NCBI GenBank assembly: GCA_903824725.1
Contig: CAIJXU010000089.1
Span: 1,041 to 65,040 of the forward strand
From: an uncultured Bacteroidota bacterium
GTDB taxonomy: Bacteria; Bacteroidota; Bacteroidia; Chitinophagales; Chitinophagaceae
DNA: 64,000 nucleotides
Direction of reading: 5' to 3'
A program made the translations under genes and the position numbers. The number at the start of each line of letters is the position of its first letter. Position 1 is the stretch's first letter. The notes below the pieces were generated by a model that worked only from the letters and a program-made list of their open reading frames with translations, was not told where the DNA came from and ran no database searches. This document shows, piece by piece, positions 50,658 to 58,728 of this stretch.

Positions 50658-51298
50658 GTCAATCCGCTTTTTCATGGGACTTATTTAATGCAATGCCTTT
50701 AGTAGGCATATTGCGAAATGTAACTGAAGATGATGTTCATTTTATCCTGCCAATATTTAAAGAAGCTGGATTTACAACACTCGAAGTCACACTTAATACA
50801 CCGGGTGCTTTAAGTATGATAAGTGCATTAGCGTCACAAAATAATGGGACATTAAATATTGGGGCGGGCACTGTTTGCAGTATGAGTGATGTTGATGAAG
50901 CTTTGGCAGCCGGCGCCTCTTTCATCGTAACGCCCATCGTTAAAAAAGAAGTCATAAAAAAATGTGTCGATAAAGGAATACCTATTTTCCCTGGTGCATT
51001 GAGTCCTACCGAAATTTTTGAAGCTTGGGAATTAGGGGCTTCCATGGTTAAATTATATCCAGCATCGGCAGTTGGGGCTGCTTATGTTTCTGCTATTTTA
51101 GCACCCATGCCTGCCATTAAAATAATGCCAACCGGGGGGATACATATAAGTAATATGCTCTCCTTTATGAAATCGGGTTCGGCAGCACTTGGTATCGGAT
51201 CAGAGTTGTTTGATAAAAAAATAATTCAAAATAGAGATAAGGAAGCTTTATTGAATCATTTTAAATTATTCACGCAACAAATGCAATTATCCAAATAG
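50654..51298 (+). CDS. KDPG/KDPGal aldolase (Eda/DgoA family)
   Basis: GILR, LEVT, IGAGTV, FIVTP, PGALSPTE, VKLYPA, MPTGG. Overlaps the dgoK stop. Confidence 0.9.
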   Translation: MSQSAFSWDLFNAMPLVGILRNVTEDDVHFILPIFKEAGFTTLEVTLNTPGALSMISALASQNNGTLNIGAGTVCSMSDVDEALAAGASFIVTPIVKKEVIKKCVDKGIPIFPGALSPTEIFEAWELGASMVKLYPASAVGAAYVSAILAPMPAIKIMPTGGIHISNMLSFMKSGSAALGIGSELFDKKIIQNRDKEALLNHFKLFTQQMQLSK

Positions 51299-51309
51299 CC
51301 ATTTATTAA

Positions 51310-52575
51310 ATGAAAAAAATAAAAAACTATAGGTGGATTATTATAGCTCTATTATTTATTGCAACTTGTATTAATTATTTAGATCGACAAATCATTGGAT
51401 TATTAAAACCAATTTTAGAAAAAGAGTTTAGTTGGACGGAAACCAATTTTTCACATATTGTCATGGCCTTTACAGCCGCATATGCAGTGGGCTTATTAAT
51501 TTCGGGAGGATTAATTGATAAAGTAGGTACTAAAATAGGCTATACAGTGACTGTTATTATTTGGAGTACAGCGGCCATGTTTCATGCCCTTGCAAAATCA
51601 GTTTTTGGTTTTAGTGTTGCTCGAATATTTTTAGGGATTGGGGAGGCTGGTCATTTTCCTGCAGCAGTGAAAACAGTCGCAGAGTGGTTTCCTAAAAAAG
51701 AACGTGCCTTGGCTACTGGCATTTTTAATGCAGGTACAAGTGTGGGGGTGGTTATTGCATTATTCATTACTCCTTATATATATGTTCAATTTGGGTGGCA
51801 GGCGGTATTCTGGATTACGGGGGCGTTGGGATTTTTGTGGTTAATCGCCTGGTTGTATTTTTATGAAATTCCTGCAAAGCAAAAACGGATCACCGAGGCG
51901 GAGTTGGCTTTTATCGAATCCGATCAACAAAGTGAAACCATTACCCAAAAGAATATTCCATGGCGTCAGTTGTTTACTTATAAACAAACATGGGCTTATG
52001 TGGCGGGTAAGTTTTTAATTGATCCCATTTATTGGTTTTTCTTATTTTGGTTGCCTTCTTATTTTGCAACTACTTTTCATATTGATTTAAAAAAACCAAG
52101 TGTTGAATTAATGATCATTTATGCTTCTACTACAATAGGAAGTGTTTTAGGAGGTTATTTGTCATCCCATTTAATAAAAAAAGGTTGGCGCATTTTAAAT
52201 GCAAGACAAACTGCTTTATTTATTTTTGCAATCATTGAGTTATCTGTAATTCTCGCTCAGTTTGTTACCAATGTATGGGTGGCAGTTGCTTTAATTAGTT
52301 TAGTGATTGCAGTACATCAAGCCTGGGCCACTAATATATTTACAATGGCTTCGGATATGTTTCCAAAGGAATCGGTAAGCTCTGTGGTGGGCATCGGTGG
52401 TATGGCAGGTGCCATTGGTGGTATTCTATTTCCAATGTTAGTGGGCTATTTATTAGATACTTATAAAGCCCTTGGTCATATTGAATTTGGATATAATATC
52501 TTATTTACTATTTGTGGTTGTATGTACTTGTGTGCATTCACTATTATTCACTTACTAATTCGAAAAATACCCTAA
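51310..52575 (+). CDS. MFS sugar-acid transporter (ExuT/ACS-like)
   Basis: INYLDRQ, GEAGHFP, EWFPKKERALATGIFNAG, DPIYWFFLFWLP. Confidence 0.9.
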   Translation: MKKIKNYRWIIIALLFIATCINYLDRQIIGLLKPILEKEFSWTETNFSHIVMAFTAAYAVGLLISGGLIDKVGTKIGYTVTVIIWSTAAMFHALAKSVFGFSVARIFLGIGEAGHFPAAVKTVAEWFPKKERALATGIFNAGTSVGVVIALFITPYIYVQFGWQAVFWITGALGFLWLIAWLYFYEIPAKQKRITEAELAFIESDQQSETITQKNIPWRQLFTYKQTWAYVAGKFLIDPIYWFFLFWLPSYFATTFHIDLKKPSVELMIIYASTTIGSVLGGYLSSHLIKKGWRILNARQTALFIFAIIELSVILAQFVTNVWVAVALISLVIAVHQAWATNIFTMASDMFPKESVSSVVGIGGMAGAIGGILFPMLVGYLLDTYKALGHIEFGYNILFTICGCMYLCAFTIIHLLIRKIP

Positions 52576-52627
52576 ATAATTAAAAATATTTCTTACCTTA
52601 TATTCTTATCATTCTAAATCATAACCT

Positions 52628-54235
52628 ATGAAAAGACGACACCTTCTTAAAAGTTTATCCATCCTGCCTTTTTCAGCCGTCTTGCCTACAAAACTTTTTA
52701 GTAAACCCGATGCAACTGCATCTATTGTAGAAGAAGGCGATAATATTTTTAGATCCATAGGAGTGGAGCCCTTAATTAATTGTAGAGGAACTTTTACAAT
52801 CATTGGGGGTTCTATTGAGCGCCCTGAGGTGCGCGCAGCAATGGAAGCGGCCGCTCATAATTTTGTGCAATATGATGAATTAGCTGATGCAGTACATCAA
52901 AAAATTGCCGAAGTGACACAAGCGCCTTGGGCATTAGTGTCTGCAGGTTGTGCAGCAGGCATGAAGCATGTGACAGCTGCATGTGTAACTGGAGGCAATC
53001 CTGAAAAATTGATCGCTATTCCTAATTTAACAGGTTTTGAAAAAACAGAAGTGATTATTCCTGCAGGATCAAGAAATGTGTATGATCATTCTATCCGAAA
53101 TATAGGTGTTACTATTATAGAAGTAGCTACGCCTGAAGAATTAGTGAAAGCAGTAAATAAAAAAACAGCTATGATTTATATGATGGCCGATCATCCTGAT
53201 AAAAATGATGCGCCATTATCATTAGTAAATATTGTTCGACTTACTAAATTACAAAACATTCCCATCTTAGTAGATGCAGCAGCCGAAGTATTGACCATTC
53301 CTAATATACATTTGGAAAGAGGGGCGCATATGGTCGCATATAGTGGTGGTAAAGCAATTTGCGGACCTCAATGTGCTGGCTTTGTAATTGGTCAAAAAGA
53401 TATTTTAATGTCTGCATGGCAATCAAGTGCACCGCATCATGGTCCATGTCGCGATAATAAAGTAGGTCGTGAAGAAATGTTAGGTATGCTCGCTGCTATC
53501 AAAGCATGGACAACAAGGGATCACAAACAAGAATGGCAAACTTGGCTATCTTGGTTGGATTTAATTTCTAAAAAAGTAACTAAAATTCCAGGCATCAGTA
53601 CCAATGTTTTTGAAACAACGGATTATTCAAATCGTTCACCAGTTTTAAGAATTATATGGGATCCAGCGCAATTTAATATAACAGGAGAGGAAGTCGCAGA
53701 GGAATTTGGGCGTAAAAAGCCGCGCATAGCTATTGGTAGTATGAATAAGGATAAGATGACGGGTTTGACGGTGACCACAGGGCAAATGCAACCAGGAGAA
53801 GCCGCATTAGTAGCAGATCGTATTTTTAATTTCATGTCTCAGACAAGGACTGCAAAAAATAATGATTTAAAAGCACCATCGGTTACTGTCAATGGTACTT
53901 GGAATTTTGACATTCAATTTTTTAGCAGTAAATCCGTGCATCAAATTACACTTAGTCAGGATGGCAATTGGTTGCAAGGAAATCACAAAGGTGAGTTTTC
54001 GACAAGAGAGTGTACGGGAACCATCGAAGGCAATGAAATTAAATTAAGAAGTCAAGAACGTCAGGCAGCTGATAATATTACATTCATTTTTTCTGGAACA
54101 GTAGTGGGGGATAAGATGTCAGGGAATATTCATATGGGCGAATACAGAACAGCTACTTTTACCGCAGTTAAAACTGAAAGTAAAAGGCCGAAACAAAAAA
54201 TATTTGTTCCACAAGGACCACCATTGGCTACCTAA
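52628..54235 (+). CDS. SelA/DgaE-like PLP-dependent enzyme #3 with Tat signal and extra C-terminal beta domain
   Basis: MKRRHLLK signal, IGVEPLINCRGTFT, VDAAAE, YSGGKAICGPQCAG, RDNKVGREE. About 120-aa extension starting near VNGTWNF. Confidence 0.87.
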   Translation: MKRRHLLKSLSILPFSAVLPTKLFSKPDATASIVEEGDNIFRSIGVEPLINCRGTFTIIGGSIERPEVRAAMEAAAHNFVQYDELADAVHQKIAEVTQAPWALVSAGCAAGMKHVTAACVTGGNPEKLIAIPNLTGFEKTEVIIPAGSRNVYDHSIRNIGVTIIEVATPEELVKAVNKKTAMIYMMADHPDKNDAPLSLVNIVRLTKLQNIPILVDAAAEVLTIPNIHLERGAHMVAYSGGKAICGPQCAGFVIGQKDILMSAWQSSAPHHGPCRDNKVGREEMLGMLAAIKAWTTRDHKQEWQTWLSWLDLISKKVTKIPGISTNVFETTDYSNRSPVLRIIWDPAQFNITGEEVAEEFGRKKPRIAIGSMNKDKMTGLTVTTGQMQPGEAALVADRIFNFMSQTRTAKNNDLKAPSVTVNGTWNFDIQFFSSKSVHQITLSQDGNWLQGNHKGEFSTRECTGTIEGNEIKLRSQERQAADNITFIFSGTVVGDKMSGNIHMGEYRTATFTAVKTESKRPKQKIFVPQGPPLAT

Positions 54236-54275
54236 TTAATTAATTTTCAATATTGGTTCAATAAAATTTTATAAA

Positions 54276-54713
54276 ATGAAGTTTATCAAATTAACATTAA
54301 GCATTCTTTTAACTGTATTGTGTTTAAGTACACAAGCGCAATCTAAAAAAGAACAACAATTAACAGCTACGATTGAGCAATTGAGACTTGCTTTAATAGA
54401 TCCTATTGAAGCTACATTAACCCAACTTACTTCCCCTAAATTATCTTATGGTCATTCTGCTGGCGTGGTTGAAGATCAAAAAACTTTTATTGCCAATTTA
54501 GTCAATGGTAAAAATGATTTTGTTTCTATAGACCTTGCCGATCAAACCATGGACCTTGATAATAATATTGCCTATGTTAGGCATACATTTAATGCGGTTA
54601 CTTCTACCGATCCTAAAGTAGCACCTATTAAATTAAAGATATTATATGTATGGATTTATGAAGGGGGCGCTTGGAAGCTAAGGGCTAGGCAAGCGGTTAA
54701 GATATTAATATAG
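54276..54713 (+). CDS. Secreted NTF2-like / DUF4440 protein
   Basis: Signal peptide (..TQAQ), LSYGHSAG, VW..GGAWKLRARQA. Confidence 0.82.
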   Translation: MKFIKLTLSILLTVLCLSTQAQSKKEQQLTATIEQLRLALIDPIEATLTQLTSPKLSYGHSAGVVEDQKTFIANLVNGKNDFVSIDLADQTMDLDNNIAYVRHTFNAVTSTDPKVAPIKLKILYVWIYEGGAWKLRARQAVKILI

Positions 54714-54726
54714 AGTAGCAAGCTGA

Positions 54727-54930
54727 TTAAGCGCGCTTTAAGCTTCTTTTATATTTAAGGTAGGTTGTAATATAACCGTATATCGGTATCACTATAGAGA
54801 GTAGGGTATAGCTTCTTTTTGTAGGGAGGTCAATAATTGCATTCTCATATAGCCATCTATTAAGTTTTAATGAATTGAACATCAAGTATATATTAATGAC
54901 TAATGATATGATTAAAAATGATTCTCTCAT
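54727..54930 (-). CDS. Hypothetical small membrane protein
   Basis: Likely start MRESF at 54930, two hydrophobic segments, no recognised motif. Confidence 0.4.
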   Translation of the reverse strand: MRESFLIISLVINIYLMFNSLKLNRWLYENAIIDLPTKRSYTLLSIVIPIYGYITTYLKYKRSLKRA

Positions 54931-54935
54931 TTGAA

Positions 54936-55157
54936 TTATTTTTTTGATTTTATGAATACTCTTTTTACTAGTATGCTTAATTGATGAATAGTTGCATATG
55001 CTATTATAATTAAAGTCCAAATTATCCAGGACATTATTAAAATATCTATTAAAAAACTTATATGGCTAGTTATCGGGTCGGAATCAATGATGCCTAGGAA
55101 AATGGTTATTGATAAGGCGATCAAATAGCTAATTCCTAGTTTTTGTTGAATGATCAT
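54936..55157 (-). CDS. Hypothetical small membrane protein
   Basis: Likely start MIIQQ at 55157, two TM segments and a basic tail. In tandem with the previous ORF. Confidence 0.45.
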   Translation of the reverse strand: MIIQQKLGISYLIALSITIFLGIIDSDPITSHISFLIDILIMSWIIWTLIIIAYATIHQLSILVKRVFIKSKK

Positions 55158-55215
55158 TGCTATTACTTGTTGTTGCAATTTAGGTAATAAAAGTTATTTG
55201 TATTAATTTTAATTC

Positions 55216-55782
55216 ATGGAAATATTTGAAAACTTAAACTTGCAAAATATAGATTACACAATTGAGAATTTAGCTAAAGGCGAATACGAGGCCTGTACTT
55301 TTATTAATTGTAATTTTGCTAATGTTGATTTGTCTTATTTTGTATTTATAGATTGCATATTTGATGGGTGTAATATGAGTTTGACAAAAGTACATCAAGT
55401 GCTATTCAGAGAGGTAAGGTTTATTAGTTCAAAAATGATTGGCTTGCAATTTGGAACTGCTAACGAATTTGGGTTGTCAATATCAATAGATACTTGCACG
55501 CTTTCTAATGCTTCCTTTTATAAGACAAAATTAAAAGAGACTATTTTCAAAAATTCTAAAATGAACGATGTTGATTTCTCTGATGCTGACTTATCTGGAG
55601 CAGTTTTTGAAAATTGTGATTTATTTAATGCGATTTTTGATAATACAAATTTGGTAAAAGCTGATTTTAGGACATCTGTCAATTATTCTATAGATGCAGA
55701 TCGCAATAAGATTAATAAATCTAAACATGCCACCGCGCAGCTAGGTGGATTATTGGAAAAGTATAAATTAGAGATTGAATAA
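55216..55782 (+). CDS. Pentapeptide-repeat protein
   Basis: Tandem (A/C)-(D/N/x)-(F/L)-x-x repeats throughout, e.g. VDFSD ADLSG AVFEN CDLFN AIFDN TNLVK ADFRT. Confidence 0.9.
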   Translation: MEIFENLNLQNIDYTIENLAKGEYEACTFINCNFANVDLSYFVFIDCIFDGCNMSLTKVHQVLFREVRFISSKMIGLQFGTANEFGLSISIDTCTLSNASFYKTKLKETIFKNSKMNDVDFSDADLSGAVFENCDLFNAIFDNTNLVKADFRTSVNYSIDADRNKINKSKHATAQLGGLLEKYKLEIE

Positions 55783-55816
55783 AGGATCACCGAGCGAGGC
55801 TCGGTGATCCTTTATT
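55778..55816. terminator. Perfect 18-bp inverted repeat at the pentapeptide gene stop (terminator/REP-like)
   Basis: AATAAAGGATCACCGAGC-GAG-GCTCGGTGATCCTTTATT. Confidence 0.75.
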
Positions 55817-55928
55817 TTAGGGAAATCCCAGCATAAAATGAAGAAGCTAAAAAGCAGTTCGTTGAACTGCTTTTTTTATTGTACTCATTCGTGGCTCCAA
55901 GCAAGCTTGACCCACTCCTTCGCACAAT

Positions 55929-55960
55929 AAAAAAACCGCCCCGAATAATCGGGACGGCTT
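55929..55960 (-). terminator. Terminator of tRNA-Gln (CCCGA-N4-TCGGG family)
   Basis: Minus strand AAGCCGTCCCGA-TTAT-TCGGGGCGGTT followed by a T run. Confidence 0.8.
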
Positions 55961-55970
55961 CTTCTTTCTT

Positions 55971-56044
55971 TGGTTGCCTGACCTGGATTCGAACCAAGAC
56001 AAACTGCACCAAAAACAGTTGTGCTACCGTTACACCATCAGGCA
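55971..56044 (-). tRNA. tRNA-Gln(TTG)
   Basis: Reverse complement TGCCTGA..TGGTGTAACGGTAGCAC..ACTGT-TTTTGGT-GCAGT..GGTTCGAATCC..TCAGGCA-A-CCA. Confidence 0.95.
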
Positions 56045-56186
56045 ATCCTATTCCATTCGATGAATGGAGTGCAAAAATAGGGGTCAGCGTAAAATTTTCC
56101 AAATATTTATGTGTTTTAGAGGCTTTATTATCAATTTGGCATAACTTAACTAGCTAAATTCATTTTCAACCTAAATATTTAATGTT

Positions 56187-56858
56187 ATGGGATACAAATT
56201 ACTATTATTGACCACTTTTATTGCTTGTTTGTTTTTGCTTTCCTTTAAGCCTGATAAAAAGAAAAAAATTGTATTTTTTGGGGATTCCATCACGCAAGCC
56301 GCAGTTGAAAAGGGAGGATTTATTGATTTAATGCAAACAATGATTCAACAAAAGGGCATTGATCAAAATTATGAATTGAATGGAGCAGGAATTGGTGGTA
56401 ATAAAATTTATGATCTGTATTTGAGGATTGAAAACGATGTATTAGATAAAAAGCCAGATGTGGTTGTGATTTATGTAGGCGTGAATGATGTTTGGCATAA
56501 ATCAAGTTCAGGTACCGGTACTGATTTTGATAAGTTTGGTCGTTTTTATGAAGCAGTAGTTAAAAAAATTCAACAACAAGGGGCTAAAGTTATTTTAGTA
56601 ACACCAGCTGCTATTGGCGAAAAAAATGATTTTACCAATTCGCAAGATGGGGATTTGAATTCTTATAGCAATTGGATTCGTCAATATGCCGCAGCCAATA
56701 AATTAGGCCTTGTTGATTTAAGAAAAATATTTCATGATTACAGCCTAGCCAACAATCCAACCAATCTTTCAAGAGGAATATTAACATCTGATGGGGTGCA
56801 TTTAAATCCAAAAGGGAATGCATTAGTAGCAGAAGAATTATGGAAAGTGATCCAATAA
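56187..56858 (+). CDS. SGNH/GDSL hydrolase, secreted
   Basis: FFGDSIT, GIGG, GVND, DGVHLN. Confidence 0.92.
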   Translation: MGYKLLLLTTFIACLFLLSFKPDKKKKIVFFGDSITQAAVEKGGFIDLMQTMIQQKGIDQNYELNGAGIGGNKIYDLYLRIENDVLDKKPDVVVIYVGVNDVWHKSSSGTGTDFDKFGRFYEAVVKKIQQQGAKVILVTPAAIGEKNDFTNSQDGDLNSYSNWIRQYAAANKLGLVDLRKIFHDYSLANNPTNLSRGILTSDGVHLNPKGNALVAEELWKVIQ

Positions 56859-56882
56859 AAATAAACTACACCATAGTATAAA

Positions 56883-56921
56883 TAAAAAAGGAGTCCCGAT
56901 AAATCGGGACTCCTTTTTTAT
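56883..56921. terminator. Bidirectional terminator (CCCGATAAATCGGG core)
   Basis: TAAAAAAGGAGTCCCGAT-AA-ATCGGGACTCCTTTTTTA between convergent genes. Confidence 0.85.
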
Positions 56922-56936
56922 ATTCAAGCATTTTTT

Positions 56937-58220
56937 TTAAGATGCAATAATTAAATAATAGTTTTTCTTTCCTTTTTGTACCAACATATATTTGCCCTGT
57001 AATAAATGGGTAGTATTCACTTGTGTAAATTCGGTATTCACTTTTTCTTTGTTGATACTTAAACCACCTGCCTGCCACATTTTACGGGCTTCTCCTTTGC
57101 TTGGAAATATTTGAGTATCTGCAAGTAAACTAACAAAGTCATATCCCTCCTTCAGTTGTGATAAAGTAACATTAGAAGTAGGCACACCCTCCATCACCTG
57201 AAGTAGTTGCGCTTCATTTAAGGATTGTAATACATCGGTGGTTGCGTTGCCAAATAAAATTTCAGTGGCGCCAATGGCAAAGTTTAAGTCATCTGCACTA
57301 TGTACTAGGGTAGTGAGTTCGGCTGCTAATCTTTTTTGTAAAATTCTTAATTGCGGTGCTTCGTTATGATCGGTTAATAATTTTTCGATGGTATCAATAG
57401 GTAACATAGTGAATATCTTGATCCATTTTTTTGCATCTTCATCACTAGCGTTTAACCAAAATTGATAAAACTGATAAGGAGATGTTTTACTTGCATCCAA
57501 CCATACATTTCCTTTTTCGGTTTTCCCAAATTTGCCACCATCGGTTTTTGTAATTAAAGGGCAAGTGAAGGCAAATGCTTCTCCACCTAATTTGCGACGA
57601 ATGAGTTCAGTACCTGTTGTAATATTTCCCCATTGATCACTGCCTCCCATTTGCACTTTGCAATTTTTATTTTTATACAACCAATAAAAATCATAACCCT
57701 GTACTAATTGATAAGTGAATTCGGTAAAGCTCATTCCAGAATCACCTTCGATTCTCTTTTTTACACTATCCTTCGCCATCATATAGTTCACTGTAATATG
57801 CTTGCCTACTTCTCTTATAAAATCTAAAAAGCTAAAATCTTTAAACCAATCATAGTTATTGACCATTTCGGCAGCATTTGGTAAACTAGGATCAAAGTTT
57901 AAAAAATGAGCCAATTGTTTTTTAACACCGGCTAAATTAAATTGTAAAGTTTCTTCACTTAATAAATTTCGTTCTTCACTTTTGCCACTAGGGTCACCCA
58001 CCATACCCGTTGCGCCGCCCACTAATGCGAAGGGCTTATGTCCGGCTTTTTGTAAATGCATTAATAATAAGATAGGGACTAGGCTACCAATATGCAAACT
58101 GTCTGAAGTAGGGTCAAAGCCGATATAGCCTGAAACGGATTCTTTTTCAAAAAGTTCCTCGGTCCCTGGCATGATATCTTGAATCATTCCTCTCCAACGC
58201 AGTTCTTGTATTAAAGTCAT
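56937..58220 (-). CDS. tyrS: Tyrosine--tRNA ligase
   Basis: [29 protein letters not shown]-terminal S4 domain (KGKKNY). Confidence 0.97.
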   Translation of the reverse strand: MTLIQELRWRGMIQDIMPGTEELFEKESVSGYIGFDPTSDSLHIGSLVPILLLMHLQKAGHKPFALVGGATGMVGDPSGKSEERNLLSEETLQFNLAGVKKQLAHFLNFDPSLPNAAEMVNNYDWFKDFSFLDFIREVGKHITVNYMMAKDSVKKRIEGDSGMSFTEFTYQLVQGYDFYWLYKNKNCKVQMGGSDQWGNITTGTELIRRKLGGEAFAFTCPLITKTDGGKFGKTEKGNVWLDASKTSPYQFYQFWLNASDEDAKKWIKIFTMLPIDTIEKLLTDHNEAPQLRILQKRLAAELTTLVHSADDLNFAIGATEILFGNATTDVLQSLNEAQLLQVMEGVPTSNVTLSQLKEGYDFVSLLADTQIFPSKGEARKMWQAGGLSINKEKVNTEFTQVNTTHLLQGKYMLVQKGKKNYYLIIAS

Positions 58221-58270
58221 AGTTTATACTTTAAGCAAAAATAACTACTAAAAAGCAATATTTTTGCATC

Positions 58271-58666
58271 ATGAACCCAACAACACCACCAATTGGCGAA
58301 GGAAGCCGTATTTTACACTTCTTAATCGACACCATATTGATTACCTTTTTAGCCTATTTTTTATACAAATGGTATACTTTTTATGTGTTTTATTGGGATT
58401 TTAAACCCTTTCAATATGGGTATTTCTTTTTTGGGTTTACTTGGGTTTACACCTTTTTATTTGAGTGGATATTTTTACAAACCCCTGCTAAAATGATTAC
58501 TGGAACCAAAGTGATATCCTATGATGGGAAAAGACCCAATATTGGGCAATTTTTCATCAGAGCCACTTTAAGGACCACGATCATTAGCATGTTTGGTTTA
58601 GCATGGAATGATCAGCCCTTTCATGATACTTTCTCTAAAACAAGGTTGATTAAAAAGTCAAACTAA
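58271..58666 (+). CDS. RDD-family membrane protein
   Basis: SRILHFLID, QTPAKMITGTKV, FHDTFSKT. Confidence 0.85.
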   Translation: MNPTTPPIGEGSRILHFLIDTILITFLAYFLYKWYTFYVFYWDFKPFQYGYFFFGFTWVYTFLFEWIFLQTPAKMITGTKVISYDGKRPNIGQFFIRATLRTTIISMFGLAWNDQPFHDTFSKTRLIKKSN

Positions 58667-58728
58667 ATTCATTCCTTAATTCGCAATTTTATGTACATCT
58701 TGAAATGTACATTTGTAAAATTTTTTGA

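Noticed and set aside
40342-54235. SelA-like genes as a selenocysteine incorporation system
   Set aside because: No selB, selC or selD in the window; export signals and sugar-acid catabolic neighbours point to the DgaE-like branch.
55812-56157. ORF-track ORFs 55812-56102 and 55879-56157
   Set aside because: They overlap tRNA-Gln and its terminator; spurious.
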